Origin: Flectonema sp. DT1601
Lineage: Eukaryota
Assembly (NCBI GenBank): GCA_964019425.1
Contig: OZ025780.1
Location: 1,798,001 to 1,862,000, forward strand
Length of the DNA stretch: 64,000 nucleotides
Direction of reading: 5' to 3'
A program made the translations under genes and the position numbers. This document shows positions 10,966 through 21,691 of the stretch, piece after piece; positions within the stretch are counted from its first letter, which is position 1, and each line of letters opens with the position of its first letter. The notes below the pieces were generated by a model, which saw only the letters and a program-made list of their open reading frames with translations, was not told where the DNA came from and ran no database searches.

Positions 10966-13126
10966 ATGTCGAGTATGAATGGAGAATACTCGAATGCCTC
11001 GATGAATCCTGGCACTGGACAAGTTCAGCAGAACTACGGATGGCAACCACCTCAGCAACAACAATGGCAACCACAAGGTGTTCCAATGCAACAACAACAA
11101 CAACAGCTACAACAACCAAATCAAGGATCAGGAGCAGAGTACCACCGAGGGTACTCCCAAGCCGTCAGAGACGGTGGGGGCTCTGGCAGAGGTGAGTCAC
11201 AGGTTGCATCGCTAGCTAACTTCGCATTCTTTGTTGGTCTTCCGATGTACTTCTTATACAGAATGGTTAGTAAAGGTTCTGGTCCTGGTGGGTCTAAAAT
11301 GATGAATCAAGTCTTAGAACAGATCAACCCAATTCAGAAGAGAAACTTTAGAGTTCTCGTAAAAGACACGAAGTTCAAAGACGTTATTGGTATTCCTGAA
11401 GCAAAAGAAGAAGTACAGGAATACGTTGACTTCTTAAAGTCACCAAAACAATACACGGAGTTGGGTGCCAGACTACCAAGAGGAGCCTTGTTAACTGGTA
11501 AACCAGGAACGGGTAAAACACTTTTAGCAAAAGCCGTTGCAGGTGAGGCGGATGTGACCTTTTTTAGTGCTGGTGGATCTGATTTTATTGAAATATTTGG
11601 TGGAAGTGGACCAAAGCGGGTAAGAGAGCTATTTCAAGAAGCAAAGAATTCGGCGCCAGCTGTTATTTTTATCGACGAATTGGATGCTGTTGGTTCAAAG
11701 CGTTCAGCTGGAGGAGATCAGGGAATTGGAGGTGAAGAGAACAGAACGACTAACGCTCTCCTTGCTGAGATGGATGGAATGGGTACCAACGATAATGTTG
11801 TTGTATTTGCTGCTACTAACCACCCTGAAGCTCTCGACACCGCCCTGACCAGAGCCGGTCGTTTTGATAGAAAGATTAACATCCCTGTTCCTGATAAAAA
11901 GGCTCGCGAAGAACTATTTGAGTTCTACCTAAAGAAGATTATCACAGCCAAGAACTTCGATGAGAAGTCAAAGATCGTACTTGACGCGAGAAAGAAACTC
12001 GCCGAAGAACGTGAGAAAAAGAAGGACAAACTTAAAGAAGACAAGAAGAAGTTGGAAAAATTGAAGACACAATTAGAAGAAATAAAGAAAAAAGCAGACG
12101 GCAAGAATACTGATGCCTTATTGAAGGAAATCGCTGAGCTTGAGAAGAATCTTGCGGAGGAATTGCCATCTAATGCTTGCACTATTCCACCAACAGCTGA
12201 AGAAATTGAGGAAGCGAAAGATCTTTATCACATACTTGCTGAGGCTACTCCTGGGGTAACTCCAGCTACCATCTCAACTGTTGTTAATGAAGCTGCTATT
12301 GTTGCTGCTCGAAGTGGATCGTCTTTTGTTAAACCTCCTCACATAAGAGATGCCATTGATAATGTTCTTATCGGAAAGAAGCATCGTCAAAGAATGTCTC
12401 CAAGTGCTCTCAAGCGTGTTGCTTACCACGAGGCAGGTCACACTGTTGCTGCGTGGTTACTAACAAGTCAGACTTCAGTTATAAAAGTTAGTATTATTCC
12501 AAGAGGTTCTGCGGGTGGTTACACACAATTCTCTCAACGTGAAGAATTAGATCCCCGACCACAAAACACACTCGTTGATGAGATTCGTGTGAAGTTGGGA
12601 GGTAGAATTGCTGAACTTCTATTCTTTAAAGACTTAACAACTGGAGCACACGATGACTTAAAGCGTGCCTACCAAGATGCTCAAAGTTTAGTTCAGTTCT
12701 ACGGAATGTCTGATTTGGGTAACTTCTCTATTGAACCACAAGGAGAGTCAAAGGGACGTGCTTTCAGTTCTGTTTCTGAAACTCTCAAACACGATATCGA
12801 GAATACGGTTTGTGATCTTCTCATTTCCTTAATAATTCTCTGAATATAAAAAAAAATAAAATAAAACAGTCGAGAGAAATCGTTGACAAAGCATTCAAAG
12901 ATACGATGAAGCTCTTAACTGACAACAAAGCTAAGGTATGTAGTTGTTGAATGGAATCATTTTGTGTAATAGTTCGTTATTTAAAAAAAACTAAAAACAG
13001 CTGGAAAAAGTAGCGATTGCCCTTCTCGACAAGAAAGAGCTCTCAGAGAAAGATCTAATCTCATTAATTGGTGAAAGGAAACCTCACCCTGAACCAGATG
13101 TGGTTGGAAAAGCTTCTGCAGCGTGA
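10966..13126 (+). CDS. FtsH/AFG3-paraplegin-type ATP-dependent zinc metalloprotease: join(10966..12807,12870..12935,13001..13126)
   Basis: Walker A GKPGTGKT, Walker B IFIDELD, SRH ALTRAGRFDR and zinc motif HEAGH, with one TM segment. Two short GT-AG introns restore the typical C-terminus SREIVDKAFKDTMKLLTDNKAK-LEKVAIALLDKKELSEKDLISLIGER. Confidence 0.93.
12808..12869 (+). other. Spliceosomal intron (62 nt)
   Basis: GTTTG...aaaaaaaaataaaataaaacAG, phase 0; removal restores FtsH homology. Confidence 0.88.
12936..13000 (+). other. Spliceosomal intron (65 nt)
   Basis: GTATG...aaaaaaaactaaaaacAG, phase 0; removal restores FtsH homology. Confidence 0.88.
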
Positions 13127-13567
13127 GTTTGGATGAGTTCTTACTGTTTGTATCCTTCTTAAGGCGTAAGAGTGAAATTATTATTCGCTAGTCAATTAGT
13201 GTATTTAGTGTTTCAGTAATTGAGAAGCTTTTGATTTTCCAAAAGCGTTGCGACGCCACTATCTTCGATTCTATCTGAGCTGCAGGCTTCGAGAGTCGAC
13301 TGTTGTGGAAACACATAACGACTTGCCTGATTTTTGTTGCAGTTACCTCTGGTAAAGGTGTCGAAACTCGTTCTGTGATTACTATTCGTTTTAGAAAAAA
13401 AAAAAAAAAAAAAAAAGAAAAATTGTCAGCTGCACTCACTCTGGGAGTTTCCTGTTTGTTGTTCTCAAGTGATCTGATGGAATGTTCGTGTTGAAAAAAA
13501 ATGATGTCATCATCTGGATGGAAAGTGGGAAAAAGGAAAGGGGAGGGGAGGGGAAAAAAAAAAAATC

Positions 13568-13598
<31 letters not shown>

Positions 13599-14429
13599 AA
13601 AAGAACATGATTAGAATCCTTCAAGGAAACAGTATTATTATTTCACCCGCGTTAATGCGCAATGTGGAACCAGTCTTGGAGTGCAAAAACAAGAAATTTG
13701 GCTGATATCATTAACACGCGTTTGTACGAACTATTAGTTCACTTTGTGCGATCTTACAAATTGTATTCTGAGATCCCTTTCATGACCCTTTTCTCTATTC
13801 GACATTACTTTCTTTTATTGAGATGACTTCTAACCTGAGATTCCCTCCATTCGGTAATCGTGTACTGTTCTAAAGGTAACGATCTTACTAACCAACCAGT
13901 GAGAGTAACATCCAGGTAGCATGAAGTGTTGGAAGTCGCAATTATTGAAAAAAAGTAGTTATTTTGGTTAAAGAAGTGTAGTTAGTACTCAACCTTTCGT
14001 CTCAAAGTAATTTGCCAACCGGCGAATGTCAGATACTTCTGTTTGAAGTGAGTGGCTCGACTTCTATCCCGCAGTCAAGATGTAGTTTGTCGGTTCCTTA
14101 ATTGACATGTTTAGAAAATAATATTTCCTCTCAATGAGTGCTGTGGAAGTCAAGACTGTATTTTCAATTTTTCTTCTTTTTTTCAATCGACCCTCCTCCG
14201 TTTCTTTTTTTTCCTACGAAAGCATCATTCCTTATGGAGTGCCCCATCATTTTACGAATTCAAATTCGCAACAATCCTGCGTGTCAGCTACGAAGGTAAC
14301 TTCCTAATAAATATAAAGCATCCATTCTATTCTAACAGGTCATCATTTCATTTGACTTGTGAAGTGAGGTTGGGGATTATTTTATTTTCTTTCCATTCCA
14401 TTTAAATCAGGTGATTTTCTCTCACCAAA

Positions 14430-17261
14430 ATGTCGGACTTCGAAAGTAAAATAAAATTCATTCTAAAATCATTTGATAAAGACGGTGATGGATATTTAAA
14501 TTTTGAGGAGTTTGCGACTTCCCGAAAAGTATTAGCAGGTGATGGCAGTGGCAGCTATTCCAAAACTGAGTACGAGGCTGACTGCAATGAACTGTTTGAT
14601 GAAGTTCCAGAACAAGGAATCGGATTACGTGAACTTAAAGTCATTTACGAAGATGAAGAAGAAGGACTACAAGAAGATTACGACTGCGCGAAGAAGTATT
14701 TCGCTGCATCTGTTCCAGCCCCAAGTAGTAGTTCCAGCAGCTCCGCAACGTCAGTAAGCTCAACGAAGAGTAATATTATGGTTGAGCGAGTGTTTAAACA
14801 TTTTGACAAAGATAAAGATGGACTTTGGTCTTTTCAGGAGGCAAAAAAGGCGACTCAAATCCTCTCAAACAACACGCGAGAACTCTCTCGCGAAGAGTTT
14901 GATGCTACTTGTGAAGAGACGTACGCTGATCCTGACGATGGACTTGAAGAAGAACACATTTTATGTACCTATATTAATGAACCAACTCGTCTACGAAAAG
15001 ATTACCGAACGGTAATAAGAGAATCATGTAGAGATAAAACAGAAGATTCTAAACCAGACTTTGGTTTCACAAAAAACGACAACGTGAAGCCTTCGTTCTT
15101 CTCAGTTGATGAATCGCCTGTCTCATTCATTCCAAAGTCTGATGATAAACCTGTTGAAGTGAATACTACTTTCTTTGCACAAGAAGCCGACACTACTCGC
15201 AGGAACAGCTCATCTGCAGCCAGCAGCAAGAAAGCAGAGGAACTCCCCAAACGTAAGGACTCATCGGAAAGTGCAAAATCTGATAAAAAGAAACCTGTCA
15301 GCTTCTTTGGTGTCGAAGAAAAACCAAAAGAAGAAATTGTAAATATTAGTGACAGCAAGAAAGAAGAACCTGTTCCGGCATTCTTTTTCGGTTCGAAATC
15401 AGAAGAGCCAACAATTAGTAATATTCCCGTGAGTAGGAAGAGTTCCAGTTCTTTAAGTAGGAAGTCAGACGGAAAGCCGACGCAAGAAGTTGATCTGCCG
15501 AACCTTTCAAAAGTTGAATTCTCTTCAGAGCGCAAGAGCAGCATCGACAAGCCGAAGTTTGAGTTTGCAGCTTCTGAAGCAAAACCACAGCCAGCCTTCA
15601 GCAGAAAGTCGTCGTCTAGCAGCTCTCAAAATAAGAACACGAAATCTGATGTCGGAAAGGTCGCTTTCTTTGGACACGATACCAGTTCTAAGTCGGCAGC
15701 TATTCCTCCAGAGTTGCCATTCAGAGAAGGAACAAGTTGCTCATCATCTGTTTCGTCTTCTTCCAGTACTCGAAGTAATATTATGGTAGAAAGGATATTC
15801 ACTCAGTTCGATATTGACAAGGATGGCTTCTGGAGTTTCCCTGAAGCACGTGAAGCTAAACAACAACTGTCAGGTGAAGTCATGACGATGAATGAGTTCG
15901 TGGAACTTTGTGAGACCACATTCGCAGAACCCGAACCTGGTCTCGCAGAGGAGCAACTCAGAGCCATCTACTCAGAAGAAGGTTCGAATCAACTTAAAGC
16001 TGATTACAAGTCAGCTATAAAGATATCCTGTAGCAACAGGAAACCATCTGTGAGCACGACATCTGCCAGAGCAGAAGTTGAAACCTTTTCTGGAGTAGAA
16101 ATATCTAAGAAATTAAGTAGTCGAAGTAGTTCACAAATATCTCCTCAACGTACTTCTCAGAAATCAGAGATAGTTGTCAACAAGATTGCTAAAGAAGAAT
16201 CTCAGAGTGTACCTCCACCACAACTCGATACACTGCAATCTGTTATAAATACCAGTTGGCGTGAGAGACGTGAAAGTTTTATAAATTCTCGAACTGGTGT
16301 CGTTGGTGTAGTTGGAACTCCGACAGCCAGTCACGAAACCAATAATCTGAATTCGGGAACTTCAAACAATCAGACGGCAGCTACTTCATCAGAAGCTAAA
16401 GTAATTACAATGAACACACCAGTTAAAATGGCAGGTCTACCTCATCCTGAGACACCACTGTCGTCATATTCGAGAAAGACTTCAATCGATAGCACTCCGA
16501 AACCGTCACCTCCTAAATTAGAACATCCATCCACTCCGTCTGTTAATTCAGAATTTGACGTCGACGAAGCCATCGTTTGGCAAAGCCGCAGTCGTGCTGC
16601 TACAAACTTTACTCGTCTGCCATTAAAAACTGATTCTGTTAAGAATGCTTATGTAAAAAAGATGGAACATTGTTATGTTAAAGAAGACATTTCTCTACTT
16701 AAAACCAGATTACGTGCAACTCAGGAGGAGAAGGCACTGTTGGAGTTGTTAGTCATCAGACACTCTGATTTAGGAGTTCAGTTAAAGGCGGCATTACATG
16801 TACGGGTTCAAGATGAGAAAGATAGATTGCACTTGGGGAGACAGCGTGAGGAACGGTTGGGGTGCTACTCTGAAAAAATATTTAACGCTCCGTCTGTTCC
16901 TGTTGAGGGTGCTCCCCATCACGTGAGTAACTCTCAAAGTCTGACGGGTAATATTTCAGACGTTATTAACTTTATTGAAGACAGATGTTCTTCTGATTTA
17001 CATCTTTACAATCCCGAAGAGCTCCACGATGCCATCTCACACCACACAAAAGAACACACCAACTTATCAGAAATACTCTCAACAGTAGATGATCTCATGA
17101 TGTTAATTAAAACTACTTTAGAATATCGAATTCGACAAAAGAATGAACATCTTCAATACCGAGAGCGTGCTGCTGATCGAATGTATAAAAGACAGTTAAT
17201 CGAGTTGACGAAAACAGAAAAGTACCTCGAAAACACTTCTGTTGGACATTACAGGTTTTGA
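14430..17261 (+). CDS. Large EF-hand-repeat protein with Ser-rich low-complexity linkers and C-terminal coiled coil
   Basis: Three related modules with EF-loop motifs FDKDGDGYLNFEEF, FDKDKDGLWSFQEA and FDIDKDGFWSFPEA. The second and third are both preceded by SS.ST[K/R]SNIMVER.F. Confidence 0.8.
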   Translation: MSDFESKIKFILKSFDKDGDGYLNFEEFATSRKVLAGDGSGSYSKTEYEADCNELFDEVPEQGIGLRELKVIYEDEEEGLQEDYDCAKKYFAASVPAPSSSSSSSATSVSSTKSNIMVERVFKHFDKDKDGLWSFQEAKKATQILSNNTRELSREEFDATCEETYADPDDGLEEEHILCTYINEPTRLRKDYRTVIRESCRDKTEDSKPDFGFTKNDNVKPSFFSVDESPVSFIPKSDDKPVEVNTTFFAQEADTTRRNSSSAASSKKAEELPKRKDSSESAKSDKKKPVSFFGVEEKPKEEIVNISDSKKEEPVPAFFFGSKSEEPTISNIPVSRKSSSSLSRKSDGKPTQEVDLPNLSKVEFSSERKSSIDKPKFEFAASEAKPQPAFSRKSSSSSSQNKNTKSDVGKVAFFGHDTSSKSAAIPPELPFREGTSCSSSVSSSSSTRSNIMVERIFTQFDIDKDGFWSFPEAREAKQQLSGEVMTMNEFVELCETTFAEPEPGLAEEQLRAIYSEEGSNQLKADYKSAIKISCSNRKPSVSTTSARAEVETFSGVEISKKLSSRSSSQISPQRTSQKSEIVVNKIAKEESQSVPPPQLDTLQSVINTSWRERRESFINSRTGVVGVVGTPTASHETNNLNSGTSNNQTAATSSEAKVITMNTPVKMAGLPHPETPLSSYSRKTSIDSTPKPSPPKLEHPSTPSVNSEFDVDEAIVWQSRSRAATNFTRLPLKTDSVKNAYVKKMEHCYVKEDISLLKTRLRATQEEKALLELLVIRHSDLGVQLKAALHVRVQDEKDRLHLGRQREERLGCYSEKIFNAPSVPVEGAPHHVSNSQSLTGNISDVINFIEDRCSSDLHLYNPEELHDAISHHTKEHTNLSEILSTVDDLMMLIKTTLEYRIRQKNEHLQYRERAADRMYKRQLIELTKTEKYLENTSVGHYRF

Positions 17262-17619
17262 TTATAGAAGTTAATTAAATAAGTTCTGTAGACTTTTTAT
17301 GTTTATTCTCCTACACGGTAATATTAGTGATTAGTGTTCTATTATTGATGTTGGATGTGAAGAGCTCGCCCTTTTGTTTTTTTTTGTATTGTTATGTTTT
17401 TTCAGGCTGTATTTTAAATTATTATATATTTTCCCTTGTTTTTCTCTTTTTTTAAATATTTTTCTGTTTTTTTTTTTTTTTCCCACTAATTATTGTACCC
17501 TTTTGTGTGGTTTATTCTTTTTTGTTGTTGTTTTGATGTTGTTGTTTCATCCCATTTTGGTTTATTTCAGGGAAGGTAGTAAATATGGTTTTCCAGTAAG
17601 GGCTGTTTATAATATTAAA

Positions 17620-18273
17620 ATGTTTTGGTTAATTGTTGTTTCAATCCTCACTGTCACTGAAGTTGTGTATCAATCACTTGGTAAAGGATGGTGTAGGGAT
17701 GATAACGGAGCGTATCCTCCTCATTTACTGAATTGGGGGGTTGCGGATGAAGCTTCGTGTCAAGAGAGTTGTAGTGGTTTGTCGAAGTGCGTAGCGTTTA
17801 GTTTTAATTCAGGTCAGTGTATGTTAATGTTGAGTCCGGGTACTCCCAGTAATGTTGCGCAATCTCCTTGGAAGTTTGTTGAAGGAAACGGTGCTGTCGA
17901 AGTAACAACAGGAACGGGAGACAATCAACTCGAATGTTATAAAAAAGTTGTTGTTGGAGGCGGACCTTCACAAGCACCTCCGACAACTCAAAACTCAACA
18001 TCTGTTCCAACTGAAGCTCCGGTTGTAGAATTTGATGATTCTCTTTCTAATCAAAATACTACAGTCGATGCTCTTCCTTCTCCTTTTACTCCTCCTGTTG
18101 TTGCTGTTGTTGTTGTTTCTTTAGTAATTGGTGTCTTAGTTTTGAGTATTACGGCAAAACAAAACTACTATCTATTAACTTCTGAGATCCCTCCTGAAAC
18201 AATTCCACAACAACAACCTTTTGATCTGAAGACGGAAATGGAGGAGTTCAACTTCCTCCTTTCAGGTGAGTAG
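17620..18273 (+). CDS. Type I membrane protein with PAN/apple-like Cys domain
   Basis: Signal-like MFWLIVVSILTV, then GWCRD...SCQESCSGLSKCVAFSFNSGQCML...LECYKK, a Thr/Pro-rich stalk and a TM segment VVAVVVVSLVIGVLVLSI. The likely start is ATG 17620, after tttcAG at 17570. Confidence 0.7.
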   Translation: MFWLIVVSILTVTEVVYQSLGKGWCRDDNGAYPPHLLNWGVADEASCQESCSGLSKCVAFSFNSGQCMLMLSPGTPSNVAQSPWKFVEGNGAVEVTTGTGDNQLECYKKVVVGGGPSQAPPTTQNSTSVPTEAPVVEFDDSLSNQNTTVDALPSPFTPPVVAVVVVSLVIGVLVLSITAKQNYYLLTSEIPPETIPQQQPFDLKTEMEEFNFLLSGE

Positions 18274-18515
18274 GATTTGAGTTATTGAAACCCATCATCG
18301 TAGAACTACGAATGGTGTTTTTGAACTGATTAGTTGCTTAGATTAGATTACTTGTTGAGCAGCCCTCTTCTTACGTATTCACATCTAATTGTCGAAACAG
18401 ATCACAAATAATATTTAATGACATCGAGTCGCATGGAAGTTCGATACGACGATAATCAAATCAGTTGACCCCCCAGTTGACCCCCAGCAGGATTATCTTC
18501 TTAATTATTTAAAAT

Positions 18516-19373
18516 ATGATTGAAGGCAGGCGGCGTCTGTCGCCTCCAACGAGATTGTTGTCTACGAATGACATTCCAGGAGCTACTGTTAGGACGTCGA
18601 GAAAGCCGATTGTACCTCAGAACTCTCCACCTGATGGAAGTATCGTAACAATGTTGATCCCTTTGAAGGTTTCGAAACAAAATAATTTCAACATTTCAAA
18701 CGCAGACATCCCTCATTCGATGCCTGAGAGTAAAATGTTTAAAACAAACAGAGCGTGTGATCCTTTAAACCCGACGTACAAAGTAGCAAGTTATCCATTT
18801 AAACCAGCGACTCCTCCAAAGTTTTTAAATGAAACACTCAAGACTTCAGATATCGCAGGAACGACACCAACACCTGTGTTTCGTTACCCGATTAGGACGT
18901 TGTTGCAGACGAGGGATATTTTTGTTCCGAATTCTTCGATTAAGAAAAGAATAACTCCAGGATTTGGTTTAATGACATCAGACATTAACAACCCTGAGGG
19001 AGTACCTGGATTTAAAACAACAAGAGTTACTAATCCATTGTCTCCGAGGTATAGAGTTGCTGGTGCTCCTGAAAGTATTCATTCGATTGGAAACAAACCA
19101 AAACCTGCACCAAAAGCAAAGCAACCCCACGAAGCGATGTTTTCATTAAAATCAAAAGACATCGATGGCTGTACTTCTGAGTACCCAATTCCTTATCCCA
19201 GAAGTAGACGTCATTGGAGAGAAACTTGTAATCTTTCTGACATGCCATTCGCATGTCCTACTGCGAAGCATTCAGTGATGCACATATCAACAGATCGTAT
19301 TACAGATCCAAATAATCCGAGATACCCTCCTCTTGAACACAAACCAATTAAATTATCTGAACCAGCTGATTAG
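18516..19373 (+). CDS. Hypothetical Pro-rich repeat protein (DI.G and [T/C][N/D]P.[N/S]P.Y repeats), possibly flagellar/cytoskeletal
   Basis: Repeated motifs NDIPG, SDIAG, KDIDG and CDPLNPTY, TNPLSPRY, TDPNNPRY in a 285-aa ORF. Confidence 0.65.
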   Translation: MIEGRRRLSPPTRLLSTNDIPGATVRTSRKPIVPQNSPPDGSIVTMLIPLKVSKQNNFNISNADIPHSMPESKMFKTNRACDPLNPTYKVASYPFKPATPPKFLNETLKTSDIAGTTPTPVFRYPIRTLLQTRDIFVPNSSIKKRITPGFGLMTSDINNPEGVPGFKTTRVTNPLSPRYRVAGAPESIHSIGNKPKPAPKAKQPHEAMFSLKSKDIDGCTSEYPIPYPRSRRHWRETCNLSDMPFACPTAKHSVMHISTDRITDPNNPRYPPLEHKPIKLSEPAD

Positions 19374-19770
19374 CTTCTTATTGTACCAACACAATTTTAT
19401 TTTTTCTGACTGGTGGCCTTTACAGGACTCTCTGCATATTTACACAAACAGCAGCATTCATTTGGCCTGTTATTGATTTTGTTTCGTATTTTTTTTACAT
19501 GTCTTTCGGATAAAGAAAGACGGCTCAGTAATACCTCCCTCGCCTTCTACAGGCAGAACAGATTCCTTCTCTTCTTTATCATATCTCTGCGGTGTTCATC
19601 CTTCCGGGTGGCGAGTTGAAGAGCTATTTGAGCAATAGTACGAAATTCTTTTATCTTTGTCAGGCTCAACACAAAATTAATGTGAACGTACTTTCAACTG
19701 TGGTATTGAACACTTTAGCAGAAGTAATGAATATTTTTAAAAGGCTTGTTGCAACCTATGACAATAAAAT

Positions 19771-21474
19771 ATGCCCGTGACTGGGCCGTCTGGCGTAGCA
19801 GTTAATGCTGCCAGGCGCGCGTGTACAACAGCAGTGTTTCCACTGGATAAACTACATGGAGTAAACCCAATTAATAATGGACGTGTGAAGGTACTTTCTT
19901 TACAATTGAAAGATTTGTTAAAAGATGAGAAATCGAATACCACCATCGAAGGTGTGAGAAGAGTAAGAGAGCACATCCGACTACTTAAATCTGAACTTGA
20001 CAATATTGAGAACAAACCCAAGAATTCCTTGCAAGCAGTTCGTCAAATGATTTACGACTGGTCAGCTATCGTTTGTAGAGATGTTGGTATCCTGCAGCTC
20101 TTAGACACCGCAGACAAACACACACACGATGAAGTAAAACCCAGTTTTGCTTTGTTTTCTTCCTTCGAAGAGAACCAACGTGTAAAAAAAGAACGCAATC
20201 CCGACAAAGTGGCTAAACTCAAACAACGACTAGTAATGGAAAACGTTGATTCGTATTTAAACTCAGAGGCATCTATTACATATCAAATGCTTGCCTGGAA
20301 TACTCCATACGACTACTTCAGGGGAGGACATAAACTCTCCGACGTGTTGGAAGAAGAAGAGTTGTTAAAGCAGTGGAAAGTATGTTTCTTGTTGAGGACG
20401 ACGTTTGTGTTTTATTCAACTCGTCAGCTTCAGTTAGTAGTACTTATTGTTTTATTACGTAACTGATTAAATTTAGAAAAAAAAAAAAGAAAAAAAACAT
20501 AGGAATCGTCGTTCACCACAAAACTAAATATGAGTAGGAAAGCAACAGCTGTTTCCCAAATAGCTGCAGTTCGAGAAAAGGCTTTCAACAAGCAGGCGGT
20601 AGGATTTGAATTAGTTTCGTATGGTGAAGCTGTTTTTGATTCTCAGGAGAAACAAAAACAACTTAGAAAAGTATTGAAAAATAATAAACTCTCGGCTAGG
20701 GATACGTTGGAATGGACAAAAACCCAAGCTCAGTTATCAGAAGTAATTGAGCATTCTGCCTACAGAGCTTTGCATAGCAAATTAAAATCCTCCGTAGATG
20801 ACGTATCACAAAGTGTTATTAGCATAAAGAAAGATTGCATGAAAAAGGAAAGTGTGACTCTTTCGAACATAAACACATCTCCTAATAACATTCTTCATCA
20901 ACTTAACGAGTGCGGTTTATCGTGGAAGGATTATATCAAATGGCGTGTGGAACAGCGTAATATTCTACCGATGCATGTCGTATGTATATTTTGTAATTTC
21001 TTATGTTTTGATGAAGACTATAATTATCATGATCAACACACCAATCAGAATCTTTTACGTTCGACGAAGCCTCTTGGACCGGCTGGTGAACTAACCAAGG
21101 ACAACCCAGCTCCACAAGTGGTAGGTAGCAGTGAGATAGTTGACAAGGCGTTAACATACTTCAACACTCTTATTACAAAAAGAGTATTGTACCTTTGTCC
21201 TAATCTGGATGAACATATTGAAGAGATTGATTTAATTTCTTCTGTTTCGCAAACTCTACTTCGTGAGATCCGAAATGGAAATAAGCCTCCTAAATTACCT
21301 TTCCTGTTTAGTTTTCATAATAAGAAATGTCGTGCTGTTGGTATCCCTCAATATGAGTACATACCTCCACTTGATCCTACCTACGTTTCGCTCAAAGAGA
21401 TTAAGCGTATTACTAACTTAGAAGACCTCTTCATAAATCAAAAAAAAAAAAAAAAAAAAGAAACTATAATATAA
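19771..21474 (+). CDS. Hypothetical protein: join(19771..20379,20503..20979,21049..21474); second intron less certain
   Basis: Removing GTATG...aaaacatAG at 20380..20502 fuses the two ORFs in frame (..LKQWK-ESSFTTKLNMSRK..). The C-terminus runs through an A-homopolymer, so the exact end is uncertain. Confidence 0.7.
20380..20502 (+). other. Spliceosomal intron (123 nt)
   Basis: GTATG donor, acceptor aaaaaaaaaaaagaaaaaaaacatAG, phase 0, contains an in-frame stop. Confidence 0.8.
20980..21048 (+). other. Probable in-frame, stop-free intron (69 nt)
   Basis: GTATG donor at a codon boundary, T-rich 5' half, A/C-rich acceptor caacacaccaatcAG, length a multiple of 3. Confidence 0.55.
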
Positions 21475-21691
21475 CATTGTACTGAACCTCTAGATGGTTA
21501 TTTATTTCGCGCACTGTTGTACGTTGGTTAGGTTTTACTATTTTTTATTTTTTTATTGTCTCTAAAATATAAACAATACAAAATATCTATTATGTTGACA
21601 ACTGTTGGCTATCGAAAATTGAAAAAAAAGAACTGCAGAGATATATCTAAATTGTTATTTTTAATTTCATTGTCAGTTCCCTCTACAAAAG

